Shown: positions 18,534-28,264, numbered from the stretch's first letter. The stretch is 64,000 nt of DNA from an uncultured Sphingopyxis sp. (GCA_964426485.1 CAYRQX010000015.1:7899-71898), one strand, 5' to 3'. Numbers and translations are program-made. The notes: generated by a model from the letters alone, not told the origin.

Positions 18534-18833
18534 TCAGACCGCGAGCAGCGGTGTGTCTTCCTCGCGCGGCGGCGCGGGTTCGAATCCGGGCAGGGGATCG
18601 AATTCTTCTTCGATCAGTTCGATCGACGCCAGCCCGCCCAGCTTGAAATGGCCCAGCCGCGGATCCTCGTCGGACCGCCAGCTCTTGTTCAAATTGAGCG
18701 CGCTGATGAACAGGTCGCCGCGCCGTTCGAACAGCAGGTGCGGCGCCAGCGTCAGGGTCTGGCCATTATATTGGGCCGTGACCTTCCGCTTGCGGGCAAT
18801 CGCCTCCATCAATTTCAGTCGCGTGTCATCCAT
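18534..18833 (-). CDS. Small stand-alone WYL-like domain protein
   Basis: AIARKRKVTAQYNG...LAPHLLFERRGDLF...GHFKLGGLASIELIEEEF resembles the WYL pattern (Y..., vxPxxl, FxlxrI..l..F); no HTH domain. Confidence 0.6.
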   Translation of the reverse strand: MDDTRLKLMEAIARKRKVTAQYNGQTLTLAPHLLFERRGDLFISALNLNKSWRSDEDPRLGHFKLGGLASIELIEEEFDPLPGFEPAPPREEDTPLLAV

Positions 18834-19036
18834 GCTTCAAGGCCGTTCGGGGAGGAAAGATTCTGTTGTGCGTTGCAGCATAATGCACATGCGGACCAAG
18901 TGAGCAAGCGCAGAATGGCTGAAAACCTATGCGTCAAATGGCACCCATTGCCAATCGAAACCAATCGCGGCATAGGGCGGCGGCCCTTTCCTCCCCGGGT
19001 CCACTGGCGCAGCCGCGCCGACCAGAGGGTGCTTGC

Positions 19037-21145
19037 ATGACTATATTTCTCGATCGCTCCGGCCTGTCCGTCGATAAGCGACTGGCCGACTTTATCGACC
19101 AGCGCGCGCTGCCGGGGACGGGGCTCGATACCGGTAAATTCTGGGGCGACTTCGCGGACCTGCTCGGCAAATTCGCTCCCGAAAATGCGGCGCTGCTGGC
19201 CAAACGCGAGGATTTGCAAGCGCAGATCGACGCCTGGCATGAAGCGCGCGCAGGGCAGGCGCATGACGCCTCAGCCTATCAGGCCTTCCTCCGCGAGGTC
19301 GGCTATCTCGTTCCTGAGCCCATGCCCTTCAAAATCGGCACGCAGAATGTCGATCCCGAGATCGCGACAATGGCGGGACCGCAGCTCGTCGTCCCCGCAC
19401 TCAACGCCCGCTTCGCACTCAACGCCGCCAATGCGCGCTGGGGCAGCCTCTACGATGCGCTGTACGGCACCGACGCGCTCGACGCGCCGCCCGCAATTCC
19501 GGGCGGTTATGACGCGGCACGCGGCGCGGCGGTGATCGCGCGCGCCAAGGCGTTTCTCGACGAAGCGGTGCCGCTTATCGGAGTGAACGGATGGGACGAT
19601 CTTTCTTGCGATGATGATATCGACATCTTCCTGGCTGATCGGGATCAGTTGGTCGGTCGTCGAGGCAAGTCCTATCTTTTCCGGAACAACGGCCTGCATA
19701 TCGAAGTCGTCATCGACTATGATCATCCGATCGGCAAGACCGACCCTGCGGGCATCGCCGATGTCGTGCTCGAAGCCGCGCTGACGACGATCATCGACCT
19801 CGAAGACAGCGTCGCTGCGGTCGACGGCGAGGACAAGACGCTCGGCTACACCAACTGGCTCGGCCTGATGCGCGGCGACCTGACCGAAAGCTTCGCCAAG
19901 GGCGGGGCGACGGTGACGCGCGAGATGGCGGCCGACCGCGAATGGACGTCACCGGCAGGCGATCCGGTCGTCCTGCATGGCCGCAGCGTGATGTTCGTGC
20001 GCAACGTCGGCCATCTGATGACGACGCCGATGATCAAACTGCCGAACGGCGACGAAGCGCCCGAAGGTCTGTGCGACGCCGTCATCACCAGCCTCTGTTC
20101 GCTCCACGATCTCAGGGGTCTCGGGCATCTGAAAAACAGCCGCGCTGGCAGCATCTATATCGTCAAGCCGAAGCAGCATGGACCGGAAGAGTGCGGCTTC
20201 ACCGACCGGCTGTTCGATGCGGTCGAGGATATGCTCGGCCTCGCGCGCCACACGATGAAGGTCGGCGTGATGGACGAGGAACGCCGCACCAGCGCCAACC
20301 TCGCGGCGTGCATCCACGCGGTGAAGGACCGCATTGTGTTCATCAACACCGGCTTCCTCGACCGCACCGGCGACGAAATCCACACCTCGATGCGCGCGGG
20401 TCCGATGATCCCGAAGGGCGAGATGAAGGCGAGCGACTGGATTGCCTCCTACGAGGATCGCAATGTCCGTATCGGCCTCGCCTGCGGCCTTTCGGGCAAG
20501 GCGCAGATCGGCAAGGGCATGTGGGCGATGCCCGACCTGATGCGCGCTATGTTGGAGGCGAAGATCGGCCATCCGAAATCGGGCGCGAACACCGCCTGGG
20601 TCCCTTCGCCGACCGCCGCGACGCTCCACGCGCTCCATTATCACCAGATCGACGTGTTTGCGCGCCAGCGCGAGATCGCGGGCGAAGCGGTGCCTTCGCT
20701 CGATCGGTTGCTCGCCATCCCCGTCGCGACCGGCCGCAACTGGAGCGAGGCCGAAATTACCCGCGAACTCGATAACAACTGCCAGGGCATTTTGGGCTAT
20801 GTCGTGCGCTGGATCGATCAGGGGGTCGGTTGCTCCAAGGTGCCCGACATCGACGACATCGGCCTGATGGAAGATCGCGCGACGCTGCGCATCGCGTCAC
20901 AGGCTTTGGCGAATTGGCTGCTGCACGGCGTCTGTTCGGCGGAGCAGGTCGATGCCGCGCTGGCGCGCATGGCGGCAAAGGTCGATGCGCAGAACGCCGA
21001 CGATGCGCTCTACGAAAAGCTGACGCCCGACGGAATTGCCTATCAGGCGGCGCGGGCGTTGATCTTCGCGGGCGTGACGCAGCCGTCGGGTTATACCGAA
21101 CCGTTGTTGCACAAGTTCCGGCAGGCGAAGAAGGCGGCGGCGTGA
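19037..21145 (+). CDS. glcB: Malate synthase G
   Basis: GPQLVVP, NAANARWGSLYDALYGTD, TIIDLEDSVAAVD, FVRNVGHLM, KMGVMDEERRTS-like, NTGFLDRTGDE, GANTAWVPSPTAATLHA, MEDRATLRI. Confidence 0.97.
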   Translation: MTIFLDRSGLSVDKRLADFIDQRALPGTGLDTGKFWGDFADLLGKFAPENAALLAKREDLQAQIDAWHEARAGQAHDASAYQAFLREVGYLVPEPMPFKIGTQNVDPEIATMAGPQLVVPALNARFALNAANARWGSLYDALYGTDALDAPPAIPGGYDAARGAAVIARAKAFLDEAVPLIGVNGWDDLSCDDDIDIFLADRDQLVGRRGKSYLFRNNGLHIEVVIDYDHPIGKTDPAGIADVVLEAALTTIIDLEDSVAAVDGEDKTLGYTNWLGLMRGDLTESFAKGGATVTREMAADREWTSPAGDPVVLHGRSVMFVRNVGHLMTTPMIKLPNGDEAPEGLCDAVITSLCSLHDLRGLGHLKNSRAGSIYIVKPKQHGPEECGFTDRLFDAVEDMLGLARHTMKVGVMDEERRTSANLAACIHAVKDRIVFINTGFLDRTGDEIHTSMRAGPMIPKGEMKASDWIASYEDRNVRIGLACGLSGKAQIGKGMWAMPDLMRAMLEAKIGHPKSGANTAWVPSPTAATLHALHYHQIDVFARQREIAGEAVPSLDRLLAIPVATGRNWSEAEITRELDNNCQGILGYVVRWIDQGVGCSKVPDIDDIGLMEDRATLRIASQALANWLLHGVCSAEQVDAALARMAAKVDAQNADDALYEKLTPDGIAYQAARALIFAGVTQPSGYTEPLLHKFRQAKKAAA

Positions 21146-21522
21146 TGCTGTCCGCTTCGTGTCTTTGCGGCGCGACGCGATACACATTGTCGGGCCCGAT
21201 CGACGAGGTGGTGCTGTGCCAGTGCGGTCAGTGCCGCCGCGCCAACGGTGGAGCGTTCAACGTGGCGGTTCTGGCCGATGCGGCTGACGTTGCGTTCGAT
21301 GCACGCGACGCCGTTTGCGAATATGAAAGCTCGCCGGGCAAATATCGCGCCTTCTGCTCGGGATGCGGCGCGCCCGTCTACAGCCGCCGCGACGACTCGC
21401 CCGGCATACTCCGTCTCCGCGGCGGATTGATCGACGCGCTGCCCGCCCCGCGCCGCCTCACCGTAAGCCACCGCGCCGACGGCTGGGACTGGATAGCGGG
21501 CGTCGAGGGAAGGGACGGCTGA
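21145..21522 (+). CDS. GFA family (CENP-V-like) protein
   Basis: SCLCGA...CQCGQCRR...FCSGCG zinc motifs; start overlaps the glcB stop. Confidence 0.85.
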   Translation: MLSASCLCGATRYTLSGPIDEVVLCQCGQCRRANGGAFNVAVLADAADVAFDARDAVCEYESSPGKYRAFCSGCGAPVYSRRDDSPGILRLRGGLIDALPAPRRLTVSHRADGWDWIAGVEGRDG

Positions 21523-21660
21523 CGACCCGAAGCGGACCTATCCTTCATTCGTCACCCCGGACTTGATCCGGGGTCCATGACTGCAGCGCTGCCGTGGATC
21601 CCGGATCAAGTCCGGGATGACGAATGATGGGTACGTCCGCCACCCACCCCTTTCCCGCCG
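21512..21660 (-). repeat. Composite element: L hairpin + CGTC-type REP doublet + R hairpin (copy 1)
   Basis: 46-bp near-perfect arms 21532-21577 and 21595-21640 (CGTCACCCCGGACTTGATCCGGGG type) with a 17-nt loop; flanked by GGGGTGG-core and GGGTCG-core short hairpins. Confidence 0.9.
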
Positions 21661-21736
21661 CTTCCATACAATACGCCTTGCCTTCACCCCTTATAGTCCG
21701 GCATTTTGCGGCATGCGCAAACCGGGGGGCAGGGTG

Positions 21737-23752
21737 ATGACGGCACCGTTTAATTTCGGGCAGCTCAAATTTCTGAAGGCGCTGACCGAGGCGCTGTTTC
21801 ACGAGGCCGAGATGGCGATCACGCCCGATCAGGTCGTCGCCAATGTCTGCGACCTGTTCGCGAAGGTCGGCGGGACCAAGCTCGACGAGATCCGGCTGTC
21901 GCTGACCGCGACCGAATTTGTCCTCGGCGGCCCCTTTTTTACCGAGGACGATGTCGCGGGGCGCGCGGAGAAGTTGAAAGATCGGCTGCAGAACAGCCAG
22001 ATCGATCTGTTTCAGGACATGGCGCGGCTGCGCGGCATCATCTACGCCTGCTATTACGGCCATTGGCAGCCGGGGCTGGAACCCGGCGACCAGAGTGCCA
22101 ACGCCGCCAACCCGGTGCATCGCCAGATCGGTTTCACCCTGCCGAAGTTCCGCCAGCGCGGCAGCTATGACGTGCCGCTGGAGCCGGTCCGTGGGCGTGA
22201 GATCGACCCCGCGCATATCCTCGATGCGAGCAGCCTTGAGGACGAATATGACGTGATCGTCATCGGCTCGGGCGCTGGCGGCGGGGTCGCTGCCTATAAT
22301 ATCGCGGCACAGGGTTATAAGGTGCTCATCGTCGAGGCGGGGCCTTTCTATCCCAGCCACGCGATCACGCATCACGAACTCGACATGATCGCCAGTCTTT
22401 ACAAGCATGGCGCGCTGCAAACCTCGACCAACCGCGATTTCGTGGTGTTTCAGGGGCGCTGCGTCGGCGGGTCGTCGACGATCAACAATGGTATCTGTCT
22501 GCGCGTCAACGAGGCGGGACGCACGCACCCTGACGCAAAGGACGTGCTCGCCAAATGGGCGAGCATCGGCGCACCGGTCGATGCCGCCGCCTTTCACGCC
22601 AGCTATGACGCTGTGCAGGCGAAGCTCGGTATCGCGCCGATCGAACCGCGCAGCGGCCGCCACAACGGCCCGCATCTGATAGAAGGTTGGCGAACCTATG
22701 CCGCCGGATCGACCAACCCGCGCGACAGCCGGGCGATCGCCGACTGGTTCGCCAAGAATTTCGGCCCGCCGAACACGGCCAGCGCCTGCGCCTATTGCGG
22801 CTATTGCAATTCGGGCTGCGCCTATGGCCGCCGCATGGGGATTGCGCAAACCTATCTGCCCGAGGCGTGCCGCGATTTCGGCGCGCGCATTCTGCCGGGG
22901 ACGAAGGCCGACCGCATCATATGGCAAACCGCCTATGACGGTCGGCGCGAGGCCGAGGCGGTGAAGCTGGTGCTGCCCGACGGGTCGAAAACGCTCGTCC
23001 GGGCGCGCGTCGGTGTCGTCGTGGCATGCGGCACGATCGCCTCGTCCAAGCTGCTCGACCGCAGCGATATCGACCGCACCGGCTATCAGGTGTCGCTCAA
23101 CGTCGCCTCGCCCGTCGTCGCACTGATGCCGGGCGGCGTCGGCGGCGATGCGTGGGACGAAGATCAGATGTCGAGCTATGTCGATTGCGGCGACTTTCTG
23201 CTCGAAAGCCATTTTCAGCCGCCGATGTCGATGGCCTCGCTGATGCCCGGCTGGTTCGGCGATCATGCGGCGCGGATGAAGAATTTCGGCCGCGTCCATT
23301 CGGCGGGCATATTGTTTCCCGCCGACCGGCGCGGGCAGATCGTCGATGGCAAGCTGAAGTTCAGCCTCGACGTGGACGACGATATCCCCGTGCTGCGCGA
23401 CGCGATGGCGACGCTGACCAAGGTCCATTTCGCCGCGGGCGCGCTCGAATGCTATCCGGCGCTGGCAAGGGGGCAGACGATCACCCCCGACATGGATGTC
23501 GACGCCTTTTTCCGCGATGCGATCCGCGAACAGGATGATGTCACCCTGTCGAGCAGCCATCCGCACGGCGGCAATGCGATCAATGAGGATCCGCAACATG
23601 GCGTCGTCGACCTCGACTGCCGCGTCCACGAAACGACCAATGTGTTCGTCACCGACGCCAGCACCTTCCCCAGTTGCATCCGCGTCAACGCCCAATGGAC
23701 GACGATGGCGATGGCGCAATATGCGACCGGGCGGAGCGATCCCTTTCGTTAA
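21737..23752 (+). CDS. GMC-family FAD oxidoreductase with N-terminal extra domain
   Basis: YDVIVIGSGAGGG, GRCVGGSSTINNG, CAYCGYCNSGC, SSHPHGG, VTDASTFP..VNAQWT. Confidence 0.88.
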   Translation: MTAPFNFGQLKFLKALTEALFHEAEMAITPDQVVANVCDLFAKVGGTKLDEIRLSLTATEFVLGGPFFTEDDVAGRAEKLKDRLQNSQIDLFQDMARLRGIIYACYYGHWQPGLEPGDQSANAANPVHRQIGFTLPKFRQRGSYDVPLEPVRGREIDPAHILDASSLEDEYDVIVIGSGAGGGVAAYNIAAQGYKVLIVEAGPFYPSHAITHHELDMIASLYKHGALQTSTNRDFVVFQGRCVGGSSTINNGICLRVNEAGRTHPDAKDVLAKWASIGAPVDAAAFHASYDAVQAKLGIAPIEPRSGRHNGPHLIEGWRTYAAGSTNPRDSRAIADWFAKNFGPPNTASACAYCGYCNSGCAYGRRMGIAQTYLPEACRDFGARILPGTKADRIIWQTAYDGRREAEAVKLVLPDGSKTLVRARVGVVVACGTIASSKLLDRSDIDRTGYQVSLNVASPVVALMPGGVGGDAWDEDQMSSYVDCGDFLLESHFQPPMSMASLMPGWFGDHAARMKNFGRVHSAGILFPADRRGQIVDGKLKFSLDVDDDIPVLRDAMATLTKVHFAAGALECYPALARGQTITPDMDVDAFFRDAIREQDDVTLSSSHPHGGNAINEDPQHGVVDLDCRVHETTNVFVTDASTFPSCIRVNAQWTTMAMAQYATGRSDPFR

Positions 23753-23780
23753 AACCCAATCGCGCCTACATGGCGCGCGC

Positions 23781-24506
23781 ATGTTCCAGGTTGCCGCTCT
23801 CTACCGCTTCGCGTCGTTCGACGATCCCGCCGCCCTGCGCCAGCCGTTGCTCGATCTTTGCGCGGCTGAGGGCGTGATGGGCACGCTGCTTCTCGCGCGC
23901 GAAGGCATCAACGGCACGATCGCGGGAAGCGAGGCGGGAATCACCGCGGTGCTCGGCCATATTCGCGGCCTGCCCGATTGCGCCGGGCTCGACGTCAAAT
24001 TTTCGACCGCCGCCGACATGCCGTTCCAGCGGATGAAGGTGCGGCTGAAAAAGGAAATCGTGACGATGAAGGTGCCGGGGCTCGACCCCGCGCGCGACGC
24101 CGCACCTTATGTCGACCCCGCCGACTGGAACGCGATCGTCGATGACCCCGATACGGTGCTGATCGACACCCGCAACGGCTTCGAGGTCGGCTACGGCAGC
24201 TTCGACGGCGCGCTGAATCCTGAAACCAAGAGCTTCGGCGAATTCCCCTACTGGTGGCGCGCCAACGCCGATCGCTTCGCGGGCAAGCGCGTCGCGATGT
24301 TCTGCACCGGCGGCATCCGCTGCGAAAAATCGACCGCCTTCCTCCGCCACGAAGGCGTCGAGGACGTCGTCCATCTGAAGGGCGGCATCCTCGCCTATCT
24401 CGAACAGGTGCCGGCGGAGGAGAGCCGCTGGCACGGCAGCTGTTTCGTCTTCGACGAGCGGGTGAGCGTGGGGCATGGACTGGTCGAGGTTGGTGAGAAG
24501 GACTGA
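23781..24506 (+). CDS. trhO: Rhodanese-related tRNA uridine(34) hydroxylase, short form
   Basis: GTLLLAREGINGT, RMKVRLKKEIVT, IDTRNGFE, FCTGGIRCEK, HLKGGILAYL, CFVFDERV. Confidence 0.85.
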   Translation: MFQVAALYRFASFDDPAALRQPLLDLCAAEGVMGTLLLAREGINGTIAGSEAGITAVLGHIRGLPDCAGLDVKFSTAADMPFQRMKVRLKKEIVTMKVPGLDPARDAAPYVDPADWNAIVDDPDTVLIDTRNGFEVGYGSFDGALNPETKSFGEFPYWWRANADRFAGKRVAMFCTGGIRCEKSTAFLRHEGVEDVVHLKGGILAYLEQVPAEESRWHGSCFVFDERVSVGHGLVEVGEKD

Positions 24507-24510
24507 GCGA

Positions 24511-24675
24511 GCGACGGGTTCGGGGTGGATTGCAGACGGTCCCCTCTATTTCCGTTCGTGTCGAGCGAAGTCGAGACACCCCGAAGGCGCGCGCTACCGA
24601 TGGGTGTCTCGACTTCGCTCGACACGAACGGGATTTAGAAGGCGGTTTGTCCGCAACTGGTCGACGGTGGACATC
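24511..24675 (+). repeat. Composite element: L hairpin + REP doublet (second family) + R hairpin
   Basis: Perfect 30-bp arms CCGTTCGTGTCGAGCGAAGTCGAGACACCC (24552-24581 and 24602-24631); L end 24512-24538, R end 24648-24673. Confidence 0.88.
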
Positions 24676-24736
24676 GCGGGACGTCGTTGACGAGAGAGGC
24701 ATTGCGCGCGCCTCTCTCCCGCCCCACGTTTGCAAT

Positions 24737-27145
24737 ATGTCTCTCCCCGCCCCATTCTCCGACTGGTTCGCCGCACGCGGGTGGCGGCTCAGGCGGCACC
24801 AGGCCGATATGCTTGCCGCAGGCGCCCGGGGCGAAAGCGCGTTGCTCGTCGCCGCGACGGGGGCGGGCAAGACTTTATCGGGATTCCTGCCCACGCTCGT
24901 CGATCTGGCGCAGCATCCGACCGACCGGCTGCACACGCTGTACGTGTCGCCGTTGAAGGCGCTCGCGGCCGACGTCGAACGCAACCTCACTGCCCCGATC
25001 GCCGAGATGGCGCTCGACATCAGCGTCGAGAGCCGCAGCGGCGACACCAGTTCCGACAAGAAGGCGCGCCAGCGCAGCCGCCCCCCGAACATCCTGCTGA
25101 CCACCCCCGAATCGCTGTCGCTGCTGCTGTCCTATCCCGACAGTTTCATGATGTTCGCCGATTTGAGGACGGTGGTGATCGACGAAATCCATGCCTTCGC
25201 GCCCGGCAAGCGTGGCGATCTTCTGAGCCTCGCATTGGCGCGGCTCCAGATGATCGCGCCCGGCCTGCGCCGCGTCGGCCTGTCGGCCACGATCGCCGAC
25301 GCCACCGCCTATCGCGGTTGGCTCGCGCCCAACGGCGATGCGGACGCGGTGACATTGGTCGAGGGTGAGGCCGGCGCCGATCCCGAGATCGCTATCTTGC
25401 TGCCCGAGGGTGCCGTGCCGTGGGCAGGGCATTCGGGGCGCTGGGCGGTGCATCAGGTGATGGACGAGGTGGCGAAGAACCGCACCACGATCATATTCTG
25501 CAACACGCGCGGGCTCGCCGAGTTGATCTTTCAGGAGCTGTGGAAGGTCAACGACCTGTCGCTGCCGATCGCCATCCATCACGGCAGCCTCGATCGCGAG
25601 GCGCGGCAACGCGCCGAGGCGGCGATGGCCGAAGGGCGGCTGCGCGCGCTTGTCGCGACGTCCAGCCTCGATCTCGGGCTCGACTGGGGCGATGTCGATT
25701 GTGTCATCCAGATGGGGGCGCCGAAGGGTTCCTCACGCCTGCTCCAGCGCATCGGGCGTGCCAACCACCGGCTCGACGAGCCAAGCCGCGCGCTGATCGT
25801 TCCAGGCAACCGCTTCGAATATCTCGAGGCGCGCGCGGCGCTCGATGCCGTGGAGGCGGGCGAGCGCGATGCGGACCGATTTCGCCCCGGCGCGCTCGAC
25901 GTGCTCGCGCAGCATGTGATGGCGCTCGCCTGCGCGGCGCCGTTCAAGGAGGATGAACTGCTCGCCGAAATCCGGTCGGCGACACCCTATCAATGGATCG
26001 ACGCCCCGACCTTCGCGCGCCTGCTCGGCTTCGTGCGCGACGGGGGCTATGCGCTGAAAAGCTATGATCGTTTCCGCCGCCTTGCGCCCGACGGGCAGGG
26101 TGGCTGGCGCATCGCGCATCCGCGGCTTGCGGCGCAGCACCGGCTCAACGCCGGGATCATCGTCGATGCGCCGACGCTCAACGTGCGGTTCAAAAACGGC
26201 CGCCGCCTCGGCAGCGTCGAGGAATATTTCGCGAGCACGCTGACCGCGGGCGACACCTTCGCCTTTGCCGGGCTCAGCCTTGAGGTCGAGAGCATCCGCG
26301 ACACCGACCTTTATGTCCGTGCGACGACGAAGCCCGCGCGCATCCCGACCTATGTCGGCGCGCGCATGGCGCTGTCGACGCGGCTCGCTGACCGGGTGCG
26401 CGGCTTCCTGGCCGATCCTGCGAGCTGGGAGCGCTTTCCCGAGGATGTGCGTTTCTGGCTGGAGATGCAGCAATTGCGATCGGTCTTGCCGCGTCCCGGC
26501 GAGCTGCTCGTCGAAACCTTCCCGCACGAGGGGCTTCATTATATGGTCGCTTACCCGTTCGAGGGGTGGAATGCCCATCAGTCGCTCGGCATGCTGATCA
26601 CCAAGCGGATGGACCGCGCCGGGCTGCAACCGATGGGCTTCGTCGCGTCGGACTACGCGCTCGCGACCTGGTCGCTGCGCCCGGTCACCGATCCCGCCGC
26701 GCTGTTCGATTCGTCGATCCTCGAGGATGAGTTCGTCGAATGGGTCGAAAGCTCGCACCTGCTCAAACGCGCGTTTCGCGAGGTCGCGGTGATCGGCGGG
26801 CTGATCGAGCGCCAGCATCCGGGCAAGCGCAAGACGGGCAAACAGGTGACTTTTTCGACCGACCTGATCTTCGACGTGCTGCGCAAATATGAGCCCGACC
26901 ATTTGCTGCTGGAGGCGGCATGGGCCGACGCGCGCGAGCGGTTGACCGACGTCGCGCGTCTGGGCGACCTTCTCGACCGCGCCGCGGGGACGATGTTGCA
27001 CCAAAAGCTCGACCGGATCAGCCCGCTCGCCATCCCGGTGCTCGTGCTGATCGGGCGCGAGAATGTCGCGGCGGCGGACATCGACGACGCGCTGCTGGGC
27101 GAGCTTGCCGACAGTCTGGCCGAGGAAGCCATGCGCGCCGGATAA
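24737..27145 (+). CDS. lhr: Lhr-core type DEXH helicase (ligase-associated DNA damage response)
   Basis: AATGAGKT, YVSPLKAL, TTPESL, DEIH, SAT, HHGSL, SLDLGLDWG, QRIGRANH. Confidence 0.92.
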   Translation: MSLPAPFSDWFAARGWRLRRHQADMLAAGARGESALLVAATGAGKTLSGFLPTLVDLAQHPTDRLHTLYVSPLKALAADVERNLTAPIAEMALDISVESRSGDTSSDKKARQRSRPPNILLTTPESLSLLLSYPDSFMMFADLRTVVIDEIHAFAPGKRGDLLSLALARLQMIAPGLRRVGLSATIADATAYRGWLAPNGDADAVTLVEGEAGADPEIAILLPEGAVPWAGHSGRWAVHQVMDEVAKNRTTIIFCNTRGLAELIFQELWKVNDLSLPIAIHHGSLDREARQRAEAAMAEGRLRALVATSSLDLGLDWGDVDCVIQMGAPKGSSRLLQRIGRANHRLDEPSRALIVPGNRFEYLEARAALDAVEAGERDADRFRPGALDVLAQHVMALACAAPFKEDELLAEIRSATPYQWIDAPTFARLLGFVRDGGYALKSYDRFRRLAPDGQGGWRIAHPRLAAQHRLNAGIIVDAPTLNVRFKNGRRLGSVEEYFASTLTAGDTFAFAGLSLEVESIRDTDLYVRATTKPARIPTYVGARMALSTRLADRVRGFLADPASWERFPEDVRFWLEMQQLRSVLPRPGELLVETFPHEGLHYMVAYPFEGWNAHQSLGMLITKRMDRAGLQPMGFVASDYALATWSLRPVTDPAALFDSSILEDEFVEWVESSHLLKRAFREVAVIGGLIERQHPGKRKTGKQVTFSTDLIFDVLRKYEPDHLLLEAAWADARERLTDVARLGDLLDRAAGTMLHQKLDRISPLAIPVLVLIGRENVAAADIDDALLGELADSLAEEAMRAG

Positions 27146-27229
27146 GGCAGTGCGGCGCATCCGGCGTTTCGCTTGCTGCGATGGCGGATGAGGCGTAGAT
27201 TGCGTCCAAACATAATGAGGATGCCAGCG

Positions 27230-28264
27230 ATGACCTATGCTTCGAAGCGGTCCGTCCTTTTGGCGCTGCTCGCCGCGCCCGCGCTGATCGGCGCGACGCC
27301 TGCCCCCGCCGATCCTGCGCCCGTTCCCGCCGCGGCCCCGGCCTCGCCCGGCGAAGCCATCGCGCCGCCGGTCACGGTGATCCCGTTTATCGAACCCTTC
27401 GACCTCGACGCGACGCGGCGCATGTCGGTCAAGGTCATGGTCGGCGGCCAGGGACCCTTTTCATTTCTGGTCGACACCGGCGCCGAACGGACCGTGATCG
27501 CCCGCGAACTCGCCGAACGGCTGGGGTTGGTACCAGGCGAAAAGCTGCGGCTGGCGACGATCGGCGGGTCGGCCATAGTGCCGAGCTATCGCGTCGCGGC
27601 GCTTCAGATGCAGAAGCTGCACCTTGCCGCTGTCGAGGCTCCCGCCTTTTTCGGGCGGCATATCGGTGCCGCCGGGCTGATCGGGGTCGATATGCTCGAA
27701 CAGCGGCGCGTGCTGATCGATTTCCGCAAGGAAAGCATGCAGATACTCGAAACACGCCGCCGCGCGCCGTCGCTGATCAAGGATGATGATGCGATCGTCG
27801 TCACCGCGCGCAATTCGGCGGGGCGTCTGATCCTCTCCGACGCGCGGCTGAACGGAAAACGCATCGACGTCATCGTCGACACGGGGGCGCAGACCAGTGT
27901 CGGCAATATGGCGCTGAAAAAGCTGGTTACGGAAAAGCGCGCCAACCGTTTTCCCTTTACACCGGCGATCCTCGACGCCGTAACCGGCGAAGCGGTGCCC
28001 GCGACGCAGACCGCGATCAAACGCATCGTGATCAACGGCATGGACGTCAACGACCTGCCCGTGAGCTTTGCCGACAGCCATGCGTTCCGCGTCCTCGGCC
28101 TGCACGAACGGCCCGCGCTCCTGCTCGGCATGGACAGCCTGTCGCTGTTCGACCGCGTCGAGATCGATTTCCCCAACAAGCGCGTCGTGTTCGACCTGCC
28201 CGACGGGGCGCATCGCGAATCCGGTCGGCGCTTTGCCGCAAATGGCGTCGCTGCGGGCGGTTAG
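27230..28264 (+). CDS. Secreted two-domain retropepsin-like aspartyl protease
   Basis: Signal peptide, Pro/Ala linker, two DTGA catalytic motifs (FLVDTGA, IVDTGA) and GLIGVD / LLGMD hydrophobic-Gly motifs. Confidence 0.85.
   Translation: MTYASKRSVLLALLAAPALIGATPAPADPAPVPAAAPASPGEAIAPPVTVIPFIEPFDLDATRRMSVKVMVGGQGPFSFLVDTGAERTVIARELAERLGLVPGEKLRLATIGGSAIVPSYRVAALQMQKLHLAAVEAPAFFGRHIGAAGLIGVDMLEQRRVLIDFRKESMQILETRRRAPSLIKDDDAIVVTARNSAGRLILSDARLNGKRIDVIVDTGAQTSVGNMALKKLVTEKRANRFPFTPAILDAVTGEAVPATQTAIKRIVINGMDVNDLPVSFADSHAFRVLGLHERPALLLGMDSLSLFDRVEIDFPNKRVVFDLPDGAHRESGRRFAANGVAAGG

Noticed and set aside
21617-21736. N-terminal extensions and short ORFs reading MTNDGYVRH or SWTPDQVRGD (also 37841-38098, 37919-38323)
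   Set aside because: These are translations of the REP element, not protein sequence.
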